DNA of 64,000 nt from Hyaloraphidium curvatum SAG 235-1. Taxonomy: Eukaryota > Fungi > Monoblepharomycota. Below, in pieces: positions 1-9,884 of the stretch. The notes under the pieces are model-generated. The model had not been told where the DNA came from, searched no databases, and saw nothing but the letters and a program-made list of their open reading frames with translations. The position numbers were made by a program, and so were the translations under genes. The stretch is taken from contig JAIVFI010000017.1 of NCBI GenBank assembly GCA_025558095.1, positions 62,001-126,000 on the forward strand, read 5' to 3'. Within the stretch, counting starts at the first letter, position 1. Every line of letters begins with the position of its first letter.

Positions 1-109
1 GGGGGCCGAGGAGATGTACAGGATGCTGGGTCGGTCTGGAGGCGTGCGCCTGCGGTCCAGGAACGTCAACCGGGCCGGCGGGGTGGTCCGGGGTGGGTCG
101 GAGAAGTGA
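1..109 (+). CDS. 3' end of a further PPR-cluster paralog (partial, runs off the window)
   Basis: Frame 2 reads GAEEMYRMLGRSGG...SEK*, matching the C-termini of the three full paralogs (NAAEMYQMLTRSLG / DAKEMHGMLERSGG / GAKEMLGMLERSKG). Confidence 0.7.
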   Translation, partial: GAEEMYRMLGRSGGVRLRSRNVNRAGGVVRGGSEK

Positions 110-167
110 AGCGCAGCTTGGCGGTCAGCGGGCGGACGATGCCGTGATGCCGCAGATTAGATTACCC

Positions 168-1358
168 CTAGCCTCCCCTCACGTCCGTTCCGACCACGCT
201 CCGCCGCGCCCCGGCCCCGTCCGCCGCCCCGCCCTCCGCCCCGTGTCCAGCGCACCTCTGCAGGAACTCCCCCACCGCCTTGGCGTACGCGAACCTGTTC
301 TTGCCCCTGTAGTGCGCGACGTGCCCCGACCCCTCGAACTCGAGCGCGCGCGCGCGGGCGCCCAGCCCGCGCAGGTGGTCCCTGTACTCGACCACCGACT
401 CGGCAGGCACGAGCTTGTCGCCCTTGCCGTAGAGCATGAGGAATTCGGCCCGCGGGAAGAGCGACGGGAGGCGGTCCAGCGCTGGGAAGAGGAGGCCGTC
501 CATCCCGGCGACCACGGACGGGCGCCGCATCCAAAAGGCAAAGAAGCGCTCGAAGAGGTCCCACCACGTGGAGCCTGCGATGCCGAAGCGGCGCACCGAG
601 GGGGTGATGTCCGGGGCGCCGGTGAAGACGATGGCGGCGGCCTTCGCGATCACGCGGGGGGTCAGGGCCGACGGGGCCGAGTCGACGATGATGCCGGCAA
701 TGCAATCGCGGAGGGCGGCCAAATCCGGCGGCGGGCTGCCGTTTCCGGAGGGCAGGATTCTGTCGAGGGCAATCTCCGTCGCCCGCCCCGTGTAGAGGAA
801 CTCTTTCTCGGGCGCCAGCCCCGGCGGTGGGCTCGACCGCAGCCGCATCAGTGCACCCAGGCATGCGGCATTGTAGGCGCCGTTGTTGCTCATCGCGTGC
901 ACCACGATCCTGAGCGGGCCTTGCCGCGATTTTCGGAAGACGTCCAGCGCCTCCAGCATGCGCCAGTTCTTGCGCACGGTCGAGCGCGGCAGGAAGGTGT
1001 GGCGCATGGGCGGCAGGTGCACCAGCGTGTCGTAGCCGAGGTCCGCGTAGAGGTCGCGGTAGTGCTTCAGGTTGCCCGGCGACGCGCCCCACCACCCGAG
1101 GAGCAGCACCAGCGGGCGCGTGACCTCCCCGCCGTCCAGCGTCGCGGTGTTTGTGCCCGGCGTCCCATTGTTTGCGATTGGCGTCTCCCTTTTGGGATGG
1201 AAGGACAGCTGCTGCACCAGCTGTGGGTCGAGCCGCCAGTGGTGCGGATCGTCGCTCTTGGCGTCGCCCGGGTTGAACACGAGGCCCCTCGCCAGGCCGC
1301 GCGCGGAAAACTCGCTTACGACGCGCATCGCGCGGTGGACGGGCGCCGTCGCGCGCAT
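168..1358 (-). CDS. TMEM53/DUF829-family alpha/beta-hydrolase-fold protein
   Basis: Motifs LVLLLGWWGA..LKHY..LY, VVHAMSNNG, IIVDSAP, LYGKGDKLVP, FEGSGHVAHY. Start uncertain (ATG at 1358 or 1328). Confidence 0.8.
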   Translation of the reverse strand: MRATAPVHRAMRVVSEFSARGLARGLVFNPGDAKSDDPHHWRLDPQLVQQLSFHPKRETPIANNGTPGTNTATLDGGEVTRPLVLLLGWWGASPGNLKHYRDLYADLGYDTLVHLPPMRHTFLPRSTVRKNWRMLEALDVFRKSRQGPLRIVVHAMSNNGAYNAACLGALMRLRSSPPPGLAPEKEFLYTGRATEIALDRILPSGNGSPPPDLAALRDCIAGIIVDSAPSALTPRVIAKAAAIVFTGAPDITPSVRRFGIAGSTWWDLFERFFAFWMRRPSVVAGMDGLLFPALDRLPSLFPRAEFLMLYGKGDKLVPAESVVEYRDHLRGLGARARALEFEGSGHVAHYRGKNRFAYAKAVGEFLQRCAGHGAEGGAADGAGARRSVVGTDVRGG

Positions 1359-1447
1359 TTCGCCGGGGCGCGTCGACGTTTCGGTGTGGGCGGTGATCGA
1401 CGCCAGCCAAGGATGGGCCAAGGACCAGCTCGGACAAAGCAGGAGAC

Positions 1448-3408
1448 TCAAGCAACTACACCCGCAAAAGCTAGCAAAACCGCCCCGACCAGCCCCCATC
1501 CGACTTTTAACACCCTCCCCGAGCTCGGCCTGGCGGTGCTGCTCGCCACCGTCGCCGTCTGCGTCGCCGACGTCGCAGTGCTCGTCGCCGCGCCCGTCGG
1601 GATGCCCCCGGCAACGCTGAACACCCCACGCGGGTCGAACGAGCGCTTGATCGCCGCCAGTCGCGCCAGGGTGTCGCCGCCGGGGGTCGCGGTCGGGTCG
1701 TCGTAGTACACCGTTGGGTCGGCGCGGGCAGAGTCGATGTCGATGTAGTTCTGCGCGGACGGGGCGGCGCACATCAAGCCTTGCGCTGCAACCATCAGCG
1801 TGTGCACGAGCTTACGATGTACTGGTAACCCGTCGCGTTCCTGACCGGCCTTGTAGCGCCTAGCGGGTAAGCCTCGGGCCTCGTGGCCTCCGCCAGAGCC
1901 CTCTCCATCTCGCGCATGAACGGCACCACCTTCTCCTGCAGCTCGTTCCCGTCCTTGGCCTCCCCGTAGTACTGCATCACAAACCCCGCGCCGCGCCACG
2001 CGACCGCGCTGGATGGCGGGTCGGCGTCGCCGAGCCGCGTGGAGGGGTCGCCCGCGTGGAGCTGCACGTGCGGCCTGGAAAGGCCCCGCTCGAGGGCGGT
2101 GTCGCGCAGCTGGGCGAACGCGAGCAGGCGCTCCGCGGGCAGCGGGATGTGCTCGGGGAAGAGGTGCGCCGACTTGTGCTTGCTGTAGCCGGCCCAGCTC
2201 CAGTTCTGCACGCCGTTGCGGGTGAGCACCTCGTTCCAGCGCTCCTTTGGGATGCCGTTGATCTTGGAGAGCACGATGTCGCGCCAGTCCGAGGTGACCA
2301 CGCGGTAGCTCTCGAACCAGCCCGGGGGCGCGTCGGCAAAGGTGGCGTTGAGGACGCGGTCGCACTCTTGCTCGGTGCCGAGGAAAAGCGACGTCACCGA
2401 GGCCCAGTCGCCGTAGGCCCCGAACCAGCCCGTTAGCCTTCTGTCGATCGACGAAAACTTGGAAGTGTACCACGACAGGGCGCTTGCCATCATGCTGGCG
2501 TTGCCCCCGTTGGCTTTCCCAATCGGCCAGGCTTTCTCGAGGTAGACCATGACCGGGGGCAGCTTGAAGAGGCGCAATCGAAACTCGGTGACGATGCCAA
2601 AGTTGCCTCCTCCCGTCCCCCGTGCCCAGAAGATGTCGGCATTCTCCGTGCGCGACGCCTTGACAACATTCCCCGCGGGATCCACGACCGTCATCCCCTC
2701 GACATGGTCCGAGACGAACCCGTGCTGGCGGGCAAAGAACCCCACCCCGCCGCCCAGCGCGTGGCCTCCGATTCCCACCGAGGGGCAGTTTCCCCCCGGG
2801 ATCGAGAAGTTGCCGGCGTCGATCAGCAGCCCGTAGATCCGCCCGAGCCAGTTGCCCCCGCCCACGTCGGCTGTTCTCGCAGCACCGTCCACTTTCACGT
2901 CCAGCAGCCCGCCCGTGCCGGGACCGCGGCCGGCGAGGTCGATGACCACACCGGGGGTCGGCTTGTAGCCGCCCCTCGATTCGGCGACGTACGAGTGGGC
3001 GCCGCCGCGGGCGGTGATGGGCAGCCCGGCGCGGAGGGCGCACCGCACGGCGCGGGCGACCTGGGCGGTTGTCGACGGGTACGCGACGATGGCGGGGACG
3101 GGCAGCAGCAGCGAGGAGAGGTGCTCGGTGACGGTGATGTTTGTGGAGAACAGGGAATCGGCGGCGGAGGCCGAGATGCCCTGGGTCGCCGCGAGCACCG
3201 CCGGCGTGAGGAACGGCGCGTACGTCGCGTTGGCGGGCGGGAAGGCGTCGGTGCCGTCGAGCCCCGGGCCGCTCGGTGCCGCGAGGCACGCCCCGAAGTC
3301 GTCGGCGGGGGTGGCCGACGCTACAACGGTCCCGAGCAGCACGGCCGCCGCCAGGGCCACCAGGGCCGCGGCCGCCCCCGCCGGGCGTGGCCGGCGGGGA
3401 GTGGGCAT
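1448..3408 (-). CDS. Berberine-bridge-enzyme-like (AA7-type) FAD oxidase, secreted, probably GPI-anchored; one intron 1751-1815
   Basis: Signal peptide; RGGAHSY and GNCPSVGIGGHALGGG (His/Cys covalent-FAD motifs); WARGTGGGNFGIVT. After splicing GTAAGC...CAG it gives the BBE motif YINYID...YY...LARLAAIKRSFDPRGVF, then a Ser/Thr stalk and hydrophobic tail. Confidence 0.88.
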
Positions 3409-3717
3409 CGTCGGCAAGCCTGGTAGCGCGGCCGGTCACGCGATGGCCGCGGGTAACGCGATTTGAACGGTCCCTCACTCCGCCACGCGAAGAAACCCCT
3501 CACTGTAGTCACCAGCCCCAGCTGAACTGCGACACCAATTGGAACGCAGCCCTGAAAACACGGCGATGAAGGCGAAAATGTTGCGGGATGTGGGTCTGCA
3601 TTGCGCGGGATCGCGTCCGGTGCGTGGCGCGGTCGGTCCGGAAGTAAGGGGAGGCTGAGGGTGATCCATATAAAGAACCCGTCGCGTCCATTCATCGGAT
3701 GGACGCGACGCGTTCTT

Positions 3718-5955
3718 TCAGCTCCTCGATCGACCCCGGATGTCCGCACCGGCCTGGCCGACGTCCCGCCCAAGGGATCGCGTCAGCATCTGGTACATCT
3801 CGGCGGCGTTCATGCCCTGGATTTCTGAATAGCCTTCCCTGGTGAGGTAGCCTCGGCCCTTGCCCTCGAGGATGCGTAGGCGGTCGCCCCGAAAAATCGT
3901 CCGCATGAGGCCGAAGATTACCAGGAGCAGCCCCGGCATCGGCCGCGGCGGCGGGATCCCCGCCAGCGGCAGGTCCCGCTTCCCGGGCGGGAGGGCGGCG
4001 GCGTCGATCGGGACCCGATCGAGGACGGCGCAGCAGAGAACAAAGGCCAGGTCACCAAACTCCTCGTCCTGACGGCCGATCCACCGCCGGCCAAACGCTT
4101 GGATGGCCGCGCTCCAGATCTCCGACTGCGACAGCAGCTCTTTGGGCAAGCTGCCGAGGAAGGCGAGCAGCTGCTGCGCGTCGCCGTACTTGGCGTAGGC
4201 ATTGGCGCACGTGGCGACGGCCATTTCGTTCGGCGCGACGGGCATGTCGTTCCAGATACGTTCCATGCTTTGAAGGTCCCCCCGGGCGGCGAAGTGGTGC
4301 AATGCCTTGCTCCAGTGGATGATCGTGACCGGGATTCCTCCTTCCGACAGCAGCTCCGTGGCCCGCTTAACATCCCCCACCGTGGTCTCCGCAGTGAGGA
4401 TGCCTTCCAGCAGGGCCAACCCCGTCACCCCGTCCGGTTTGTGTCCCGCGGCCACCATCTCCTTGAGGGTGTCGCGGGCAAGACCGAGCCTTCCCGTACG
4501 CGCGTAGAAGCGGATCATGGTGTTGAACATGTCGAGGTGTGGTTCGAGACGCAGCCGCCGCATCCGCGCGAGCAGCTCGTCGCCGGCTTCAGAGTCCCGC
4601 CCGTCGGAAGCTTCCGCGAGGAGGATGTTGAAGAGCGCCGCATTGGGAGACACGCCGAAAGGGTCACCCAAGAGGACCTCGACCACGGCGCGGGCAAGCC
4701 GGCGATGCTTCCAGGCTTTGGCAGCCTCGGCCGCGGCAGCACAAGCGTAAGTGTCCACGATGCCTCGCTGCCCCTCCCTATGGCGGGCGGCGGCAAAAGA
4801 GAGGAGCTGGAGAACCTTGCGCACCGGCGTCACCGAGCCCTGGGGCATGCCCGGGGCGCAGAGGTCCCTGATCCCCACGTCTGGACCGCTCAGGATGGCA
4901 GCGCGCAGTGCAGCTTGCGGGTTCGGGTCCACTTCCAGCGGGTCCAAGAGGTCCCGTTTGGCCGGACGGCGCCGAATTGCTGGGTCACCTTTGTCCAAAG
5001 CCCACAGAGGAACAGCGAGATCCGCGACGCTCGTCTGTCGCCTCGGATACCCTTCCAGGTCTTCAGACGTGGCCGGCGATGCAACGGCAACGGCCTTTAG
5101 GAACAAGTTGACGGTATAGACGTCCACGACCGAAATGGCGTTTGCTGTCAAGCCCTCGTGGAGGAGCTTCAGGAACGCCGTGTAGTTGCCGCCGTGCGCC
5201 ACGTTGCGGACCAGGGTATTGACGTGCCGCATGTTCAGGGTTACCCCGCACTCCAGCCGCAGGAAGTCCATCAGTTCTTTGCACGCCACATAGGAGCTGC
5301 CGACAATGGATCGAGGTCAGCGGCCACACGGAACGGGGGCCAAGGAGGCCCGAAGGAGCACTCACACCAGAAGTCGGTCATTCACCTGGATGAACCAAGT
5401 AACAGCCTTAGCATTGATCGCAATGTCGCCTTTTTGCGCTGCATCGACGAAGAGGCGGCGCGTCCTGACGTTCGCTACGTCGACGAGGTTCGCGGTCCGG
5501 CGTTGGCCCTCGGTCCGTCCTTCCGGACCTGCCCGCAGCTTCGCCTGCTCCGCTATCGCGTGTGCTGTAATGAAGTGGACTACAGTCTTCACGTCCTACC
5601 CCGTCAGACCCTGGGTCGATCCAAGGGCGGCGTAGGCGTCCCAGACCGCGTCCGCGGCCTTGGGGAGCGGGATCCGCCTCTGGTCGGCGCTCCCCAGCAC
5701 CTTGCGCAGCCCCTCCAGCCCGTTATCGCGGTGAGGGCCGGAAGACGTGAACCTGGGCGCCGGAAGGTCGACCGCCGACCGCCGAGGCAGCCAGATTCCG
5801 TTACTGGCCGCGTTCCGAGACGCGCTCGCAACCGCGAACCACCCCCGCCGCAAGGCCGCAACGCGGGCCGCAACAGCGAAAGCCGGTGAGGAAACACGTT
5901 CTAGCGAGCGCCGGAGCGGGATCGAGGCGCGATGCGCCCGGTTCACGAGATTCAT
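3718..5955 (-). pseudogene. PPR protein paralog 1 with in-frame TAG in exon 1; intron 5297-5365
   Basis: PPR motifs (PNAALFNILL, PHLDMFNTMIRFYARTG, IIHWSKALHHFAARGD, PNEMAVATCANAY). Codon at 5596-5598 is TAG where paralog 3 has CAG (GLTG*DV vs GLTGQDV). Confidence 0.75.
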
Positions 5956-5994
5956 TTCATTGTTTCTTTGGTCGCAGCTTCCCGCCCTTGACTC

Positions 5995-6662
5995 CACCGC
6001 GCCCACATGCCACGCTTATCCGTCCGACAGAAAAGGCGCGCAAGTGAACCATCAGCCGAGGCATTGCGCGCGCGTGCGTGATGAGGAGAAGCTGAAGCAG
6101 TATCGGACTCGATTCCAGCTGGACCAAAGCGTGCCGGCCGCGGACATCCTCCCGATCTCCTTCGAGACTCTGGGCGCTTGGGGCGAGCACCTCGTCCCTC
6201 TGATTGACTGGCTTGCAGGAATCACCCACCCCCCGAAGTGCGACGCGCAGGATCGCTTCTACGACTTCAACAACCGGCAGGCCTTCTTTTCCGCGCCTCG
6301 TGGCGGCCGGCGGGGCTCGCGCTCCGGACGGGGGGGACGGCTGCGCGGCCATAAAGCCGGAAAAGTCCCTTCCACCAGCGCCACATCCCCGCGCCCCACA
6401 AGTAGAGTCAGTGTCCGTTCGCGCACCGATGTAGAGTCACAGCGGTGCCAGCGAGGCCAACGCCTACACCCGGCTCTCGATTGCCCTGCAGAAGGGCAAC
6501 CACGAGCGCCTCTCCAACTGGGTGCAGAAGGCCCGCATCGGCCGGCGATCGTCGGTCCCGCTTGACGGGGCCGTCGGGGGTGGGGGAGCGGGCGTAGGGG
6601 ACGGGGTGCGGGCAGGGATGGGCTCGGCGGCGGAGACGGGGGACGTGGAGATGGGGGACTAA
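5995..6662 (+). mobile_element. 3' fragment of a non-LTR retrotransposon restriction-like endonuclease domain (CRE/R2-group-like), interrupted by a 166-bp insertion
   Basis: Reads CARVRDEEKLKQY...ILPISFETLGAWG...RQAF. After removing 6287-6452 it continues in frame as EANAYTRLSIALQKGN..., stop at 6660-6662. K..KY, P...ET.G.WG and RLS.ALQ.GN are typical of the RLE C-terminus. Confidence 0.75.
6403..6451 (+). repeat. 49-bp hairpin repeat, copy 1 (right end of insertion 6287-6452)
   Basis: TAGAGTCAGTGTCCGTTCGCGCACCGATGTAGAGTCACAGCGGTGCCAG; near-identical at 22460, 62278 (reverse) and 63034. Confidence 0.95.
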
Positions 6663-7029
6663 GCTATCCGAGGAATGTGCTGGTATCCGCGTGTAGAGAA
6701 AGGATACCATACACAACGCTCGCGTGTCGGGCTCGTGTGCGTGTACAAATCAATGACCGCTGCCGCCGCCTCGGCCGGGGCTTGCCCGCACGCAACGCCT
6801 GAAAAAGGATGTCATTGCCCATGGCCCGCGCTATTTGAATTCGGGCGCGAAGGCGAGCCGTGTAACTACGGTGCCACCAAACCCTCATAAAGGCAAGGAC
6901 CGCAACAAGGATTCGACAAGGATTCGTCGAAACGCGCGATGATCGTCCTTCAGTACATATCCCCTCGGAACGTGGACCGCGCTTGTCGATCGCCGCTCCA
7001 CGCCGTGCTCGATCGCGCAGGCTTCTCCT

Positions 7030-7365
7030 CCTCGGTCGCTGCTGGACGGAACTGGACAGTGTTCGGCCGAACCAACATCGTTCCACATCACTCCAGCTCG
7101 AAAACCATGTCGCCATTCCGGTAAGAGACCGCGCTTCCTCGCTTCCGATCCAAGCCAAGCCCGATCAGGCCGACTGTCCCATCGGCCGATCCTGGGTGGA
7201 ACCGGACCCATCCTCGGCCCAGCAAAAGCACCGTTCCGCATCTTTCCGGCCCGAAAACGATGCAGCGATTCCGGTAAGGGACCGCGTTTCGTCCCGGCCT
7301 CCGATGTCTGCGCCCGCGCTGGCCGGCCCCAGCCTGGGTCGGTCCCGGACTGAACTGGACACATC
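7030..7365. repeat. Degenerate tandem repeat, about 150-153 bp period, about 2.2 copies
   Basis: ATTCCGGTAAG(A/G)GACCGCG at 7115 and 7268; GGTCG..C.GGAC.GAACTGGACA-like motif at about 7034, 7183 and 7336. Confidence 0.7.
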
Positions 7366-7558
7366 CCCGGACGACCCGGCGTTGCTAGGCGTCCTTTCAG
7401 GTCGAACTCGCTCCTCGATTGCGGCGACGGACCGCGCTCCTCGCGCTCGGGATGCGCATTTTCCCGCGCGACACGTGCACCCACCCCACCCACCCCACGC
7501 AGCCAGGTCCGAGCAACACCAGCTCCCCACCGACGCCCTCCCCTCCCAACACGCGCGC

Positions 7559-8456
7559 CTACGGTTCGCCCCCGTCCTCCCGCGCGAGGTACGCCCACCT
7601 CACCGCAAAGTTCACGAACGTCCCCACGAACAGCACCGCCATCAGCGCCGGCGGCCCCTTGAGGTCATCGTACGGCATCCGCACGCGCTGCCGGATGCGG
7701 TGGCCCCGCCACAGGAAGAGGATGAGGCCGTAGAGCATGGTGAGGAGGGAGAAGAAGGTGAAGATGAGGCCTGGCGGGGACGGGGCGGTCAGCGGTGGAG
7801 CGGGGGACGGGGGAGAGGAAGCCAAACCGGTTATCTGGGCTATCCGGTCGCCGTAGTTGAGGAGGGTGATTGAGATTGTGGTCAGGATGACGGCCTGGGG
7901 TGGAGGGGGTGACGGAATCAGACACCCGATGGAACGCGACGGCCCGACGCGTCGAAACGCCCCAGCAGGCCGCCAGGATACCCACGTAGTGCATCCAGCC
8001 CAGGAACGTCCGCTCGTTCGCGAACTGCACCTTCGGCTCCACGCGCACGGGGCTGATGATGGTCTTCTGTGTCTGCAGGCCCGGCCTGAACGACAGCGGC
8101 GGCCCCTGGCCGGCCCTCCGCTTCCGCTGCCCGGCCTGCGGGCCCGCCGGGGCCGGGTCTTGCCCCCGCGGCACGCCGACGGTCTGCCCGCCGCGCACCA
8201 CGCCCGCGCCGGGGCCCGTGCGCCAAAAGTCCTCGTCCTGCTGGCGCTGGTACACCGACGGCGCCGTGACGATCGACGCCCAGCGCGAGAGGATGTCGAG
8301 CGTGCCCTGCAGCGCCGAGCTGCGCGCGGACGACGGCGACGGCGGGGGGCGGCCGCCGCCCGGCAAAGCGCCGATGGTCACCGCGGGCGGCGCTGACGCG
8401 GGCGCGCCGCGCGTCGGCGAGGACGGGCCCGCGCGCGCGGACGAGGACGCGCTCAT
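7559..8456 (-). CDS. Vtc1-like DUF202 membrane protein (vacuolar transporter chaperone subunit), two introns
   Basis: PVRVEPKVQFANERTFLGW, then exons ILTTISITLLNYGDRIAQITG and LIFTFFSLLTMLYG...PYDDLKGP. Confidence 0.85.
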
Positions 8457-9884
8457 GGTCGCCGCGGCCGGGGGCTCGTGCGACGGGATGTGGCGAAGGG
8501 CAACGTCCCCGGCAGCGCCGCGCAACCCGAGGCACCCCAGAGGCAACTCGCCGCTGGCACGCATCGCGGACCGCCAGACGGACCTGGAGAGACGCGTTGA
8601 TGCTATCGACCGGGAGCTGAGGCACGACAAGATGGATTCCATCCTGCTGGCTTTTGCTGCCTTCAGGGGGCCGGTGGTCCTGTGGTCCTCCCAGCATGGT
8701 TAGCCTACGTCGCTCGCTTTGGCGAGGGAGCAGATGCGATATCCTGGATCGGCATAGTAAGCACGTCTTCGCGTCGGTCCCCACATCGTACAAGATCGGG
8801 ACTCATGGGATGAGATTTAGCGCAGCCTTTGCGCTCCCCGCCTCGAAGCCCAAAAAGCGACGCCAGGCCCATGACGGAGCCGCCGAACCCCGCGCCGTGG
8901 CACCTTCCTCTTGTCGGGCTACGCACCTGGCAACCACTACGAGCTCCTTGTCGTCGTCACGGAAGCCAAACTCAAAGGCCACGACACGCCGCAGATGGCG
9001 GCCCCGTGTAATCGTAAATAGTGGTACTTCGAGGAACTGCGGTCCGCGTTCGGGGGAGGCAGGCATACGCCGACGTGGCCTGTCATGGTGGATCGAGTTG
9101 GGCGCCGATCTATTCATCCAATCTCTCCCATATACTTCCACATAGATAATGACCTCCTCAATCCACGAAACCTACGTCTCGCTTCTGCATGACGGCTCGT
9201 CGATCCACTTTGAAATGTCAGGGGCATACCCTCGGTCCGTTGCTTCATTGGCCGTCGCGTAGCTTTCCCATCCTATGAATAGCCATCCAACAGGGAAGGA
9301 ATCAGGCCGGTCCTCTATCGCGTGCAATGCTTTCTGCCTCGGTCGTTAATGCTGGTAGTTGAGGTCAAGTCCGATCTTGTCCCGGACGGGGACAGTCAGC
9401 GGACGACTTGAGCCCCGACCGCACGAGCACAACAACCTCCAAAGCAAACACCCACGCAACCTCGGACAGCCCCTTCTCAGCGTACCGGTGCCGCACGAGA
9501 GACTCAAGGCGCACTCTCACGGCCCCTGTTGGACGATTTCGGCTATTGAACCCCTTGAGACGTCGCTCACCGACCTGCCGCTCCCTCCCCCCCTGCAACC
9601 TCTGTTTGCTCGTCAACACTGCTCGCGGGGAACCCGCTCTCGACTTTCCACGGCCTAGGTGAGTACTCGATCGGCGTCAACAAGGGTACGCCAAGAGTTC
9701 TCTCGGCGCGCAATGGGTTCGTGGTCAGCCCGGGCACCTGATTCTGGTAGGTGTGTTTATCGGCAAACGTCCTTCCGAAAAAGGCCTAGGGAGCTTTCGC
9801 GTGAGAATCTTGGCGTGTGATTGCTGCGGGATCGACTGAAGCTCGGACGATCGAGACCACCTTCACGAACAATAATTAACGTCG

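Noticed and set aside
93-3478. Long overlapping ORFs (93-1706, 157-1455, most of 1448-3478) and similar Arg/Pro/Gly-rich ORFs throughout the window
   Set aside because: Shadow frames of high-GC coding DNA with no family motifs; real genes explain the regions.
5596-5598. TAG reassignment or readthrough in PPR1
   Set aside because: TAG is the genuine stop of MFS, MAK16, PLK4 and UBP14 in this window; a single CAG>TAG mutation is simpler.
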